A DNA stretch of 64,000 nt, from assembly GCF_009914755.1 (NCBI RefSeq), contig NC_060930.1. One strand, written 5' to 3'. The DNA is from the human T2T-CHM13v2.0 reference genome, Homo sapiens. The translations under genes and the position numbers were made by a program. Positions 12,294-29,304 of the stretch are shown here, piece by piece (position 1 is the first letter of the stretch; each line of letters starts with the position of its first letter). A model generated the notes under the pieces. It was not told the DNA's origin, ran no database searches, and was given only the letters and a program-made list of their open reading frames with translations.

Positions 12294-13442
12294 CCTAAAA
12301 CCATAAAAACCCTAGAAGAAAAGCTAGGCAATACCATTCAGGCCATAGGCATGGGCAAGGACTTCATGACTAAAACACCAAAAGCAATGGCAACAAAAGT
12401 CAACATTAACAAATGGGATCTAATTAAACTAAAGAGCTTCTGCACCACAAAAGAACTACCATCAGAATGAACAGGCAACCTACAGAATAGGAGAAAATTC
12501 TTACAATACTTACAATCCTTACAATCTACCCATCTGACAAAGGGCTAATATCCAGAATCTACAAAGAACTCAAATAAATTTACAAGAAAAAATCAAACAA
12601 CCCCATCAAAAAGTGGGCAAAGGATATGAACTACACTTCTCAAAAGAAAACATTTATGTAGCCAACAGACACATGAAAAAATGCTCATCATCACCGGCCA
12701 TCAGATAAATGCAAATCAAAACCACAATGAGATACCATCTCACATTAGTTAGAATGGCGATCATTAAAAAGTCAGGAAACAACAGGTGCTGGAGAGGATG
12801 TGGAGAAATAGGAACACTTTTACACTGTTGGTGGGACTGTAAACTAGTTCAACCGTTGTGGAAGACAGTGTGGCAACTCCTCAAGGATCTAGAACTAGAA
12901 ATACCATTTGACCCAGTGATCCCATTACTGGGCGTATACCCAAAGGATTATAAATCATGCTGCTATAAAGACACATGCACACATATGTTTATTGCGGCAG
13001 TATTCACATAGCAAAGACTTGGAACCAACCCAAATGTCCATCAATGATAGACGGGATTGAGAAAATGTGGCACATATACACCATGGAATACTATGCAGCC
13101 ATAAAAAAGGATGAGTTCATGTCCTTTGTAGGGACATGGATGAAGCTGGAAACCATCATTCTGAGCAAACTATCCCAAGGACAGAAAACCAAACACCGCA
13201 TGTTCTCACTCATAAGTTGGAATTGAACAATGAGAACACTTGGACACAGGGTGGGGAACATCACACACTGGGGCCTGTCATGGGGTGGGGGCAGTGGGAA
13301 GGGATAGCATTGGGAGATATACCTAATATAAATGATGAGTTAATGGGTGCGGCACACCAATATGGCACATGTATACATATGTAACAAACCTGCACGTTGT
13401 GCACATGTACCCTAGAACTTAAAGTATAATAATAAAAAAAAA
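12294..13442 (+). mobile_element. 5'-truncated L1PA (ORF2 C-terminus, 3'UTR, polyA)
   Basis: ORF2 peptides [28 protein letters not shown]; L1PA 3'UTR; TSD TTATTG(G/A)TCATC at 12282-12293 and 13443-13454. Confidence 0.95.
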
Positions 13443-13454
13443 TTATTGATCATC

Positions 13455-16400
13455 TTGGCTAAAGCATGTTGCCTAGATAGGTAGTCAAGCATTATTCTGG
13501 ATGATTTGTGAGGACATTTGTTGGATGAGATTAACATATAAATAGCTAGACTTTGAATAAAGTAGATTGATGTCTATCATGTGGGTGGGCTTCATTCAAT
13601 TCATTGAAGGCATAAATTAAACAAAACACTGACCTTCCTCGAGCAAGATGGAACTCTGTAGCACACAGCGCAGGGATTTGAACTGCAGTATCCATCAACT
13701 GACCCACAAACAGCTGGTTGGTTTGTGTATAGCATTTGCAAGATGAATGAACAACATCCTGTTTGGAAGTCCACCTCTTTGATCAAACAAGGTAAAAACA
13801 GAAGGGCTCTTGTGGACTTAATTGCATGGTGTTTTCTTAGCAGTGGTGGAAGAATTGAGCAATGATAAAGCTCCTACGTTTTAGTTTTTACTGACTTAAA
13901 GGGAGTGACTAATGGCCTGGCCATATAATTAATCAGGAGAGCAATGAAAAACTTGCCTATGAAAAGAATGCCCATGTGAGCCAAGTCCCACGGAAATCAC
14001 TATGGTAATTTGAGGGGTTCATTAATGTAAGATCTGTTGATACCTGATATAGATTGGATGCTGTTCTCATGTCGAGATGTGATCCCCAGCATTGTAGGTG
14101 GGGCCTGGAGGGAGGGAGGTGGTTGGATCACGAGGTCAGTTTCTCATGAATCCTTTAGCACCGTCCCCTCAGTGCTGTTCAGTGTCCCTCAGAATAACTC
14201 CCTTCCAGGTTTGGAAGGTGATTGAAATCAACAAGAATTTATCTCCAAGTGTTTGCCAGGTGCACCTGTAATTTCAGCTATGAAAGCAGCTGAGGCAGAA
14301 GGATATCTTGAGTCCAGGAGTTAGAGTTTAGCCTCAGCAACACTTGAGGCCAGCCAGGGAAACATATCAAGACCACATCTCAAAAACAACAACAACAACA
14401 ACAAAAAATCCAGGTTTGCTTGTGGTGATCACCTGAGTCCGTGAAATGAATAGACATTGGGGTTGTAGCAATGCAGAGATAGGTGGAATCAAGACATATT
14501 CCTCTTGCATTCCACACATCACAGGCAAAAAATACACATAAGAAGTGCTTTCTTTAACAAAAAAAGGAGAGCTAGCATATGGCTATGTGGCAGATTCTTT
14601 TATGCCAGGGCCTTGAAAATACATAGCTGGCAAGTTAGACTGATACCAGTAGCCCCAGGAAGCAGCAAATGGGTCTTGGCAGGAACAGATCCTCACCCTG
14701 GAATGGGCTTTGTTCAGCTGGTGGCAGGTGTGTTACCAAACTGAACTGGGGTCCACTCACCTGGGGCAGTAAAAGCAAACATCCACACTGAGAATGTAGT
14801 GGGAGAAAGGAGGGCATTTATGTGTAGGGCACCAAACAAGGAGAATTGGGCAGCTCACGCTTAAGACCCAACTTTTTGATGGCTCACAAGCAAGAATTTT
14901 TAAAGGCAGGGGCAAATTTCGGGACAGCAGAGTTACAGGCAACATCATAAATCAATGCATAGAAGTTATACACTGCTTTGGCCTTAAAAGGTGGAATATC
15001 CTGATGAGGGAGCTTACAGGTCTTAGGTAGATGTAAAGATTCTCTGATTTGTGATAGATAAGAAAGTGAAGCTTCTTTAAGCAGCTTCCTTACACAGTTG
15101 GGGGCAGTAGAGAGGAATGTTCAGGCCTGGCCTGTGGGCTTTACTCTCTCCAGGCCCCTCAGGAAGAAATTTAGAACAAAGAACGGCGGTCAGAGTTCAG
15201 TCCTCAGTTTCCCCTTTATAAGATCTCCCTGTCAGTGGATCTATTAGGTGGGAATCCATGTTTCTGAAAAACAACTCAGGGGCATATGTTAAGGTGTTAT
15301 TTTTAGTTTCTATAGAGAATCAAACATCTTGTGACTCTAACTTCCTTGGCTGTTGTTTTAAGCTATCATTACCATCTTGCTTATAAGGTCACTCACTACT
15401 TTTTAGGGCTGGCTAGGTACCTGGAATTTCTCTTGAAGGAACTAAAGGTTTTTCTTTATTTCCAGGTTGGGAGGCCCTGGCAGGCTTCTAAGAGAGGTCC
15501 CTGCTTTATCTCAGAGGCAAATGCTCGGAGTGTTACAAAAGAACCTGAATGGGAGGTACTGCAACCATGTGGACCACAGAGTCATATTTCTTTACACCAG
15601 AAAATGCACCTGCTCAAAATGTCCAACAATGGTCAGAGAGATATCCTTCTCAGAGGAAGAGTTCTGTAGAGAATTAAAATAGTCAATTGGGTGTGTAAAG
15701 GCAAGAGTGGGGAAACAAGCACAAAGGGTGGTCTTATACACCTTCTTGAGTGTGCTCGCACTTGACGTGAGAGTATCCTCTCTTTTCCTGGTGGATCAGG
15801 GGAAGGTGCTGGTGTGATCTACATATATTCCTCCCCAAGGTGGGAGGACACTGGAATGATGACTGTAATTCACCTCAACTTGCTTTTCTCATACCTGATG
15901 CAGTGGTCCCAGGACTAGGGATGCAAATAGAGTCCAGAAACAGGAATTATTCCTGAGCAAGAAACTGTAAATATATTTTATGTCCATTATGTAATAATTC
16001 CTAAGGGCCTGTAGAAGTAGGTTGTGCCTTCACTGCATCTGGCAAAGTTGGGGCTAACACTGAATGCAGCTGTATTGCCTGGGGTCAGATAGCCAACCAG
16101 TTCTCTACTGCATAACCCTACCCTCTATGAACTGGAATGGATGACGGGAGACACTTGCTAGAACAGTATTGCTCCCTGCAGTCTCAGCCAGCACAGCAGC
16201 AGAACCTAGTGTTCCTTCCAAAATTATAAATGTTTAGTATAAATGAAGGGAAGGAGAAATAGTAGCTGAGGGTAAATGAATGAATAAATGGGTTATGTAA
16301 TGAGGAAAATCCAATGTTACATGAACTACTTGAAAGAGGTATAAGCAAGAGATGATATTGTCTCTTAGCTCAATTTTACCAGTTGCCTGAAAGCGTGCAG

Positions 16401-16500
16401 TCATATGTTGCTGAAACTATTCCTGTTTATGGATTGCACTGGGATCATTGTTAATGACCAAAGAGGATTGTGGTAATGTGCCAGGGTCTTTTCACTGTTA
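13455..16500 (+). mobile_element. MLT2-type LTR fragment plus degraded ERVL-like internal sequence (interrupted by an LTR9-like element)
   Basis: TTGGATGAGATTAACAT...GTGGGTGGGCTTCATTCAAT resembles MLT2; the downstream internal part is very diverged. Confidence 0.55.
14731..15513 (-). mobile_element. ERV1 solo LTR, LTR9-like
   Basis: TG..CA termini; minus-strand start TGAGATAAAGCAGGGACCTCTCTTAG resembles LTR9. Confidence 0.65.
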
Positions 16501-16530
16501 TGATTCTTCTGGTATAGGAGATCTGTGATT

Positions 16531-16835
16531 GGCCAGGCACAGTGGCTCACACTTGTAATTCCATCAGTTTGGGAGGCAATGGTAGGAATATTGTTTAAGG
16601 CCAGGAGTTTGAGACCAGACTGGGCAGAATAGTGAGACCCATTCCTACAAAATATTTAAAAATTAGTTGGGCATGGTGGTGTGTACCTGTAATGCTATCT
16701 ACTCAGGAGGCTGAGGCAGAAGGATCACTTGAGTCCAGGAATTCGAGGTTAGAGTGAGCTATGATTGTGCCACTGCATTCTACCCTGGGCAACAGAGCAA
16801 GAGATTATCTCTAAAATAAAATAATAAATATTATA
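16531..16835 (+). mobile_element. AluJ element
   Basis: Diverged Alu dimer with A-rich tail. Confidence 0.88.
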
Positions 16836-16863
16836 AAAAGAGATAATGTGGTCAAAACCAGGG

Positions 16864-18945
16864 TGTGATCTGTGGTCCAATAAAAATATTTGGTCTTTTC
16901 CCTGTTTCCTGACAACCAGGTTCTAAAACATTTGCAATCTCCTCAGTGATAAACAATGACTTCAATATGGCAATGAGATGACTATGGGGTGAGGGGCTCC
17001 TAGATAGCTTCAGGATGGGGGCTGGTTGCCAGAAACACGAAGCTGTGATTAGAGGATTGGAACTGTTAACCCCATCCCTAAAGTCTGGGAAGGAAAGAGA
17101 GGTTCGAGGTTGAGTTCAGTCACACAATGACCAGTGATTTAATTAGTCTTGCCTCCACAATGAAATTTCCATAGAAACCTCTGGGGATTGGGTTTCGGAG
17201 AGCTTCCCAATTGCTGAGCACATCCGTGTGTCCACGTGCTGGGAGGATGGTGAGCCCCATCTCCATGGGGACAGAGGCTCCTGTGCTCAGAGCCCTTCCA
17301 GGCCTCACCCTGTGCACCTCTTCATCTGGCTGCTCCTTTGTATCCTTTATAACTGCTATGGTTTGAATGTTTCCCCAAAAAAGCACCTGTTGGATATTTC
17401 ATCCCGAATGCAACATTTTTAAGAAATAGGACTTTTGAGAGGTGATTGGACCATCAGAGCTCTGCCTTCATTAATGGACTAAGGCTCATCATAAAAGGAC
17501 CTGAGGCTGAGTTTGACTTCCTTTTCCCCCCACCTCTCACCCTCTCTTGTCCTTTTGTTTTCTACCAGATAGAGTCCCTTGATCTGGGAATTCTCATCCT
17601 CGACACCATGAACGAGACAAATTTCTGTTTGTTATAAGTTATCCAGTCTCAGGAGTTCTGCTCTAGTGGCATAATTTAAACCAGGGGTCCTTAACCCCTG
17701 TCTGCGGACTGGTACAGGTTCCTGGCCTGGTAGGAACCAGACTGCACAGCAGGAGGTGATCGGTGGGTGAGAGAGCATGAGCATAACACCAGAGTTCCGC
17801 CTCCTGTCAGATCAGTGGCGGAATTAGATTCTCATAGAAGCACGAACCCTATTGTGAACTCTGCATGCGAGAGATCTAGGTTGCATGCTCCTTATGAAGC
17901 GCTAATGCCTGATCATCTGAGGTACAACAGTTTCATCCGAAACCATTTCCCTCTGCCCTCCACCACCTCCACTGGTCCATGGAAAAACTGTCTTCCATGA
18001 AACCGGTCCCAGGTGCCAAAAAGGTGGGGATTTAAGCTATAACAATAAAAAACTGCAATACTGAGTGTGAAAAGAAAATAAAATTTCAGGACTCCAAATT
18101 CACTATACCAAAAGGAAAAATTAAGTTTGGAGACTGATGGAAAAACTGCCTTTCTTTCGTTCCTAAACAAATAACTGCAAAGATAGAAGACCACATATCT
18201 CCCCAGGTGGCCTCCCTCACAAACTGCTCACAAGATAATTCCTTGTGGGCCCCAACGTGTTTACCCTAAAACAGTTTTGTTGAATTTTCCCCTGACAATG
18301 TAAATTAACAGCTTATCTTCACAGGTACAGGACAAAGACAAGACTAGAAATCATCCCTCCACCCACCCAGAGTCAAACGCATATTTGACTTTTCCACCCA
18401 ATGTTTACTTTATCTTATTTAAAATGCAGATTTACTGAGCATGAGATGAATGCATAGTTGACTATTTTTTTCCTCTCCTGGCTGCTCTTTCCCCTGTACA
18501 CATTAAAGTCCTCAAAAGCCTGTTAGGAAAAAGCATGGGCCACAGATGCTACAATGATTTGTGTCTCTGTTTCCAAGGTGCATCTTCAGCTTGGCGAAAT
18601 AAACTTCTAAACTGACTGAGACCTGTCTCAGACGTTTTTTGGTTTACATGGCTATAGCAACTTCCTTAGTTCTTTGAGTTAGTTTAAGAATTCTCAATCC
18701 TTGGGAGGTGAGAAACCCCTGACTTTGCAGCCATGTTAGACAGAAGTGCAGGTAACCTGGGACGTGATACTTGTGACTTGCTTCTGAAGTGAGGACAGAC
18801 TTGTAGGACTGAACTGGTAAACCTGTGGAGTCTGAGGCGAACTCCAGGTAGTTAGTGTCAGAATTGAGTCAAACTCTAGGACTCCCAGCTGCTGTTGGAG
18901 AATCAGAAAGTTATTTGGGTGGAAGAAAACCCCATCACCATCCCA
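16864..18945. mobile_element. Nested cluster: MER21-like LTR interrupted by MST-like MaLR LTR (about 17356-17670), MER1B-like DNA transposon (about 17681-18035) and MER4-group LTR (about 18066-18648)
   Basis: Recognisable termini TGCTATGGTTTGAATG (MST), CAGGGGTCCTTAACCCC (MER1), TGTGAAAAGAAAATAAAAT..TTTTTGGTTTACA (MER4); subfamilies from memory. Confidence 0.6.
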
Positions 18946-19570
18946 CAGAGAGAAACTTATAGTAAGAGTAAGCAAGTAAACCTCTACCTTCTTCGGTCCC
19001 AGAGGAAAAGATAAACAAATGTAAGCATTTGTTTCATGTCCCTAAACACAGGTTGCTACCAGCTGTTCATTGTCTAGACGTGGAGTGGTCCTACCTTTAA
19101 TCTAGAAGTTAGGATTTTTTAGGCCTTTGAGGGTGTCACATAAAAACTAATAAATGTTAGAGATTCTCTCCCCAGAAATATTTCCACACACAAGAAAATA
19201 TAAATATTAATAGAAAACATCGTGTGGACCCAGAACCTCTGAGATCTTACAAACCTGGGAGTTTTAATCCTAGTAAGAGTCATGCTGAGGGAAGATGTTT
19301 GAATAATCATTTCATCATTACAGAATGCCACTCCAATAATCTAGAGTATAAACTGGGATAGACAAAAACTTGATGTAAACCTATCCTCAAGGGAATGGGT
19401 GGAAATATGTTATTTATTAGTCACTGGTTCATTCAGCCACTCTTCGTGCCTACTGGGTACCAGATAAAGTTCTCGTCCTGGATCACTGCTCCAAGAATTA
19501 AAATTTGTCACTTTTCCCCACCCCTCACACTCCAGCACTTGAACCCTCTTACTACATCAGAATTCCACAC

Positions 19571-20195
19571 TGTCAATGAAAAGAGTCAAACTCAGTAACA
19601 TATTTAAAGAGATTTATTCTGAGCCAAAAATGAGTGACCACAGCCCATGACACAGCCCTCAGGAGACCCTGAGAACATGTGCTCAAGGTGTTTGAGGCAC
19701 AGGTTGGTTTTACACATTTAAGGAATATATGAGACATCAATCAAATACATTTAAGCTATACATTGGTTCAGTCCAGAAAGTTGGAACAATTTGAAGCAAG
19801 CAAGGGTTGCGGGGTAGTGCTTCTGGGTTATAAGTAGATTTTTAATTTTTCTGATTGGCAATTGGTTGAGTTATTATCAATAGAAAGGAATGTCTGGGTT
19901 ATGATAAAAGGTTGTGGAGTCCAAAATTCTCATGCAGATGATGCCTCCAGGTGCCAGGCTTCAGAGAGAACAGATTGTAAATGTTTCTGATCAGACTGAA
20001 GGTCTGTGTTGATGGTAAATGCTGGTCAACTTTTCCTGAATTCCAAGAGGGAAGAGGGCATAATAAGACATGTTCAATACCTGCTTCCCTTGGTGGCCTG
20101 AGCCAGTCTTTCAGGTTAACTTTTGAGCACCCTGGCTGAGGGTGTCCATTAAAATGATTGGGAAGGGGTGGCTTTGATGTTTATTTTTGGTTTAC
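19571..20195 (-). mobile_element. MER4-group ERV1 solo LTR
   Basis: Minus strand starts TGTAAACCAAAAATAAA and ends TTCATTGACA. Confidence 0.65.
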
Positions 20196-20329
20196 AACAT
20201 GTAAAATGTTGAGAGGAGACAGACACCACCTCCCTCCCTGGAAGAGGACAACAACACCCCAGTCACCCCTGCAGTTGCTCATGGACATGAGTTTTAAGCT
20301 CCACCAGTCTGATGACCACCTGCTGAAGA

Positions 20330-20946
20330 GGTGTCATTGTCTCAGGTAAATACTAAGTGTTCGTCATCTCACGCCAAGAAGATTAAGGACACTGACACAC
20401 GAGGAGTGAGTTAGGATCAAAGGGTTTAATAGGCAAAAGAAAGACAAAGGGAAACAGCTCCTTCTTGTGAGAGAGAGGGGCACCCAAAAGGGAATTCCGG
20501 CCTGGAATGGGAGTGCATCGGATTTTGCAGGCAGGCTTGAGGAGATGGTGTCTGATTTATGTAGGGCCCACAGGTTGGTTGGACCAGGTGTGATACTTAC
20601 ACAGTGCGTGTGGAAGGCTGTTCACCCCACCCTCATCCTATTATGCAAATGGGCTTTCCACTTGGCTGGTGACACGTTGTCTGCTCCTTACTGTAAACGT
20701 GCCTGGCAAAGAGAAGGGAAGATGGAGCCGCCATAGTGAACATGCCCAGTCCCAGGCGTCCTATTCCTATTGGACAGCTGCTGGCATTCACCCGTGCAAA
20801 CTTCCAGCTTACTTGTCTATGTCTGAATCTTGATATTACAGGCTGCTCCTTGTTAGAAAAGAAAATAATTTGGAGCCTGCTTTCCATTAAAAGCCTTGCG
20901 TACCCTCACTACCTGTCTAAATAATTTCTTCTTAACTCCTATATCA
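20330..20946 (-). mobile_element. ERV1 solo LTR, MER61-like
   Basis: Minus strand starts TGATATAGGAGTTAAGAAGAAATTA; internal layout similar to the LTR at 60185-60753. Confidence 0.55.
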
Positions 20947-21599
20947 CTGCCAGACTCAGCCAGAATGAGGTGACAGAGAGGCTAGGACTGTGCAGAAAGC
21001 ATTTTAGTAAAGATGGCTGAGTGACAGTAGTGATGTCCAATTTCCAGATGCAGCAGTGACATCTGTCCTAGCCTCAGGGTCCAGTGTCCAGGACCAGGGT
21101 GTCAGAGGTGTGAGCAGTGCTGTCTGTGCTCAGCAGCAGAGGCATTTGTTCCTAGGAGGGACCTGATCCAGGGTGGGCTGTGAATTCTGTTCTTGGATGT
21201 GTAGTTTCCAGCCTGGTTCTGTGGCCTTCCCCGGAATAAAACTAGCCCCCAATACCAATATACAACTTTATGTGTACATTACAGAAACTTGGTTTCCATA
21301 GTTTTCTCCAAGAAGTGAGTGAGAAATGAGTCTGTGGGCGTGTCAGAGAGCGGCATTCAGAGGTGTTCTTTGTGCGAGAGCCACATCCTGAATTGTCTGC
21401 CTGGCCTCTACCCCATGGTGGAGAGAACAACAGAGAATATCACCTCTCATAACTGATGATATACAGCCTCCCTTTTCTTTCTGTGAGAAAAATCCTCTTT
21501 TCAACAGGGTTTGAAAACCCACCCCACCCACCCACCCTGGGCACTCTCTGATCACTGATCTCAGTGGCTCCCAATCTGTCTGAGCAATAGGATTGCTGG

Positions 21600-23070
21600 C
21601 GGGGACTTAGAAAATACACAGGCCACTCCCCAGAACCCTTGTCTCAGAGTATTATGCACAAGACCAAGGAATCATTTATATGACAAGCCCTAGAGGTGAG
21701 GCTGATGCTCAGACGTATGGGATCCTGGTGCTCTTGCTACTCCAAGTGTGATCTGGAGACCAGCAACATGAGCTCCAGCCTTGTCATAAATCCAGAATCT
21801 CTTGCTCGACTCCAGACTTCCAGGATCTCAGCACCACATCCAGATGATCCTGGTGCACATGGGGGTTCCTTGTCTGAGTGTCCTCTAGACGTGGGGCCAG
21901 AACTGTGCAGTCTGCTCTGGGTGTGGTCTGATCACACCCCTTAGAACTGGAGGTCCAGGGTTCAGTCCTTGTGCTCATTCTTTTCCATAGTCAGTCACTC
22001 CCTTTGTGCCTCATCCGTGCTTGAGGTTTTAAGTCTCATATATATGGTGTGACTTCCTAAATCTATTTCTCCAGCCCAGTCCTTTCCCCTGAACTCTGGA
22101 GTTGTCTGTCCAAATTCCACCCCAGCTCCCCCACTTGCCTTCCCGGTAGACATCTCCTCCACTGAATGCCTGTGATGCCCCCTCCTCAGGACGCTCCTGC
22201 CAGAGTCTCCCCATCTCCACTGACAGCAGCTCCACCCTTCTACTCACTCATCTTACAACTATGGGTGTCCTTGATTCGTCTTTCTCACACCACAGATACA
22301 ATCCATTGGCAAATGCTGTGAGTCCATCTTCAAATGCATCCAGAATCCCCTCACGTCCCACTATTTCCCCTGCTCACGCCCCAGTCAAGGTAACCGACAT
22401 CTCCAGCCTGGAATACTGCACTTGATTCCTACTGTTTTCCCTTCTGCTTCCCTCATCCCTCACCTCTCAATTCTGTTCTCAGCACAGCAGTCAGAGAGAT
22501 CCTTTTAAAACAGAAGTTATATCATGGCCCTCTTCTGCTCAAAACTGTCCTCTAACTCCCCATCCCACTCAGAGCAAAGGTCAGATGCAACCCCACTCCC
22601 CTCAAGCCCACCTGTTCTGGCCGCACCTCTGACCTCACCTCAGTTTCTCTCTGTCCAGCCCTCCTGGCCTCCTTGCTCTTCTGGGAACACAGACCTTCCT
22701 GCCATAGTGCATTTGGACTGGAGCTTCCTCTGCCTGGAAAGAACTTCCCCAGATATCCTCATGTCCCTCAAATCTTTCCTCAAAAGTCACCTTTGCAACA
22801 AGGCACACACTGACTACCCAGCACAACAGCCACCTTCCCTGTCCCCACTGCCCACATCCTGGATCACCTGCCTCACAGCACTTACCACCTTCTAGCACTT
22901 TCCTTCCTTACTCTGGTTATAGTGTATCTATCGTCTGCCTCTTCCCACTGGAACATATGCTACAAAAGGCCAGAGATTTTTCTGATTTTACTTCAGTGGT
23001 GTTCCCCAGATGCAGAACCATTCTGTCCTATGTCTGGCCAATGACAAAGGTCAGTTGAATGAATGATCAC
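21600..23070. mobile_element. MER5-like and L2 fragments downstream of HLA-B
   Basis: L2-like pyrimidine-rich sequence ending GTTGAATGAATGA at about 23055-23067. Confidence 0.6.
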
Positions 23071-23764
23071 TGTAGAGCACCTCCCTATTTTGAAGGCAGT
23101 ATCTTTATTAACATAGCCTCAGGCCAAGTGCTGTTTTGTGGCAGCTGCAGCACAAGGACCCCTCACACTGAGATAGAGGCCGCCTATGTTTTTCTCAGCA
23201 GTGCTGCTTGTGTGCCCTCCCTCCCCATCCCTCTTTCTACAGCAACCCCCTCCCCGCACCCCCTGCCCCAGCACACTGCAGCACACAATCAGGTTCTCTC
23301 TTCAGGAAAGAACAGTCCTTGATGATGGGTCCAATTTCACAGACAAATGTAAGTCTAAATTAGACTCTGCTTTACAGATTCATGAGTTGGGATTGGATTC
23401 AGCACCAAGATCACCAGAACCAGGGCAGGGAGAGAGGGCAGAAGAGCAGAGCAGAAAAGGAGCTCTAGAAGCAGGGCAGGAGGTGAATGGCTCTGAAAAT
23501 TTGTCTCAGAATGCACAGAGACCCCCGTGTGCAGGGGCCGCCCTGGGCGATGTGTGAGCCTCTGTGGTCACAGCTCCCGCTGGACAAGTTTCCACTGAAG
23601 GGACAAGGACAATGGAGCAGTGAAGGTGACCCAGCTGAGGACTAACCACATAAAGCCCATGATGGACTCAACACCAAATGGGCACAGGCCCCGTCCACAC
23701 TCGGCCCCCTACAGCCTTCTCCACACCCCACCTGCAACAGACTCAGCACAGCGAACATGCAGAT

Positions 23765-27075
<3,311 letters not shown>

Positions 27076-27096
27076 TCCGGGTGGGTGCGTGGGGAC

Positions 27097-27265
27097 TTTA
27101 GAACTGGGACCCCGGCGACACTGATTGGCTTCTCTAGACACCCGACACCCAATGGGAGTGGGAAATGGGGACGCGTCACGAGTATCCTGGAAGAAGGACC
27201 CGACATAGGTTGGGAGAAGAAGTGAAACTCGTGGGAGTGGGGAATCCCCAATGCTGCGCCTCCCC
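27097..27265 (-). promoter_or_regulatory. HLA class I proximal promoter: TCTAAA TATA-like 27097-27102, CCAAT 27124-27128, Y box 27149-27153, X2/site alpha TGACGC 27173-27178, X1 27179-27190, ISRE 27218-27229, enhancer A kB1 27239-27249
   Basis: Motifs read directly (AGTTTCACTTCT, GGGGATTCCCC) in canonical order and spacing. Confidence 0.95.
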
Positions 27266-28142
27266 AATGCAGACAAGGCTCTCGGAGCCTGAGACCCTGA
27301 GAGCCCCGCCCGGGGCCTGGGACTTCGTCCTGATCCCTCTTCTCCTACACCAGCCTCTTTGTCACACTGTCTGCCTGAGTCCTGCACAAGGATCTGTCTG
27401 TGGAAACCAGGGAGAGACCCCCAGGCTGCGCCCACCCGCTTCCCCTTCACTTCTCCTCCTGGAATCCCTGTCCCTGAACTGGACTCCCTGCCTCTCACTC
27501 CTTACCTCTCCTCTTGGATCTTGTGTAGGGAAACTGATCACGGAGAACTTGATGCCAGAGAGTGAGCTCGCCCTGGGAATGGAGGTGTAGAGACAGGGGT
27601 TTTCTCTCTAAACCTGGCGAAGTTTTGTCTGAAGCCACCACACAGAGATTCTCATAGAGACCAGTTTCCTTTTTGTTTATTAATACAGTAGGTAGCACAA
27701 TATTGGTAATCCCTGAATGATTAGAATTCCAATCTGCAAAAGACCTGTGTCAAAACAGCATTACAATTAAACTCTCAAAGCTCCTAAGTTTTACTTTCCC
27801 AGACTATGGATCTGTGACTCTGGGTTGTTGCATTTAAAATTATCTTCATTCCCCACCCCGAGTTTCCCTATATGAGTCCAGAACATCTCCTGAATATAAA
27901 GAAGGGGGGTTTGTTACTGTCTATTGCAACCGGGAACCTGTAGTCATCACCTCAAAGTTGCGAGGGCTCCATGCAGTCCCAATGCTCTTCACCAGCGCTC
28001 AAGCACTGCCTGTTTTCCTGAACTCTGCATATCCAAGCAGTGTGCACATTTTATCTGAACCCTTGGTATTTTTGTAACTCTTTTTTTTTTAATCATAAGG
28101 AGCCAATTAGTTTTTAGGAAGTCCAACAAAATGTATTAACTA

Positions 28143-29304
28143 CCGAATGCAAAGAACCCTCTGCCAGGCTCTTCCACTGCTTTAGAATTCTTTCTCCTGC
28201 TCCTTTTCCTCACCTCCTGCCTCTCCAGCCCTTCTGTCTGCCCCTCTCATCCCTCACACCCCCGCTCCCCTTAGTGCCTGCCACCCTTTCACCCCTGAAT
28301 TGTGGCACTAACACTGTCCCTCACCTCCTGCCCATGTCTGTTCTCCCCACAGTGCTCAGCAGTCCTGCTAATGTGACTCAGGTCGTGTCATTTCTTCACT
28401 TGCAATGGTTGGGTTTTGGTCTACCATTTTGCTAGATGTTTTCAATTTGTCTCATATCTTTTTGTTTCTGTTCCTCCTTTACTACTTTCTTATGTGTCAA
28501 ATAAACATTTTTTAGTTTATGGTTTTAATTCTCCTAGTGGCTTTTGGCTATATTTCTTTACACAATAGCAAAGAATGGAAACCCGATTCCTTGACTTTTC
28601 ACAGTGAAGTTCAGGTTATATTAAGCTGCATCCAGAAAATAAAGGACACTTCTAACAGTGTAGTTTCTTGTAACCTACCATTGTGCTATTATTGTTGTAT
28701 ATATTACATCAACCTATATTATAAGCTCAATGATACAGTGTAATACTTTTTGTTTTAAACAAGTAGCCATATGTCTTCAGGAAATTAAGAAAATGAGTGT
28801 GAATGTGACATGTGTATGTGCATCATTTCTGTTGTTAATTGTTCCTTTCTGTATATCTGGGTCACCATCTAGTATCATTTTCCTTCACCCAGAAGCACTT
28901 CCTTTTAAATTAAATGTAGTACAGGACCCCTAGGAAATTAATTTTATGGCTTTGATTATCTAAAAATGTCTTTATTTTTGCCTCCCCTCCCCCCCTTTTA
29001 TTTATTTATTTATTTTTGCTTATTAGGGCATTTATATGTAATAAAATTCACCAGTTTTAGCTGCGCTTTTTTGGCAAATATTGGTAATTATTTATAGTCA
29101 TGTAACTACCACACTGCCCAGTAGAGAAACCCAGAATGCAAAGAATCCCCTGCTAGGCTCCTCCACTGCTTTAGAGTCCCTTCTCCTGCTCCTTGTCCTC
29201 ACCTCCTGCTTCCCCAGCCCTTCTCTCTGTCCTCTTCCCTCACACCCTCCTCTCCCCTTAGTTCCCACCACCCAGTTACCTCTGAGTTGTGGCGCTGTAG
29301 AGAA
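28143..29304 (+). repeat. Two diverged copies of an approx. 165-bp segment (about 28143-28310 and 29131-29296)
   Basis: Both read GAATGCAAAGAA..CCACTGCTTTAGA..CCTCACCTCCTGC..CCCTCACACCC..CCCCTTAGT..TTGTGGC. Confidence 0.85.
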
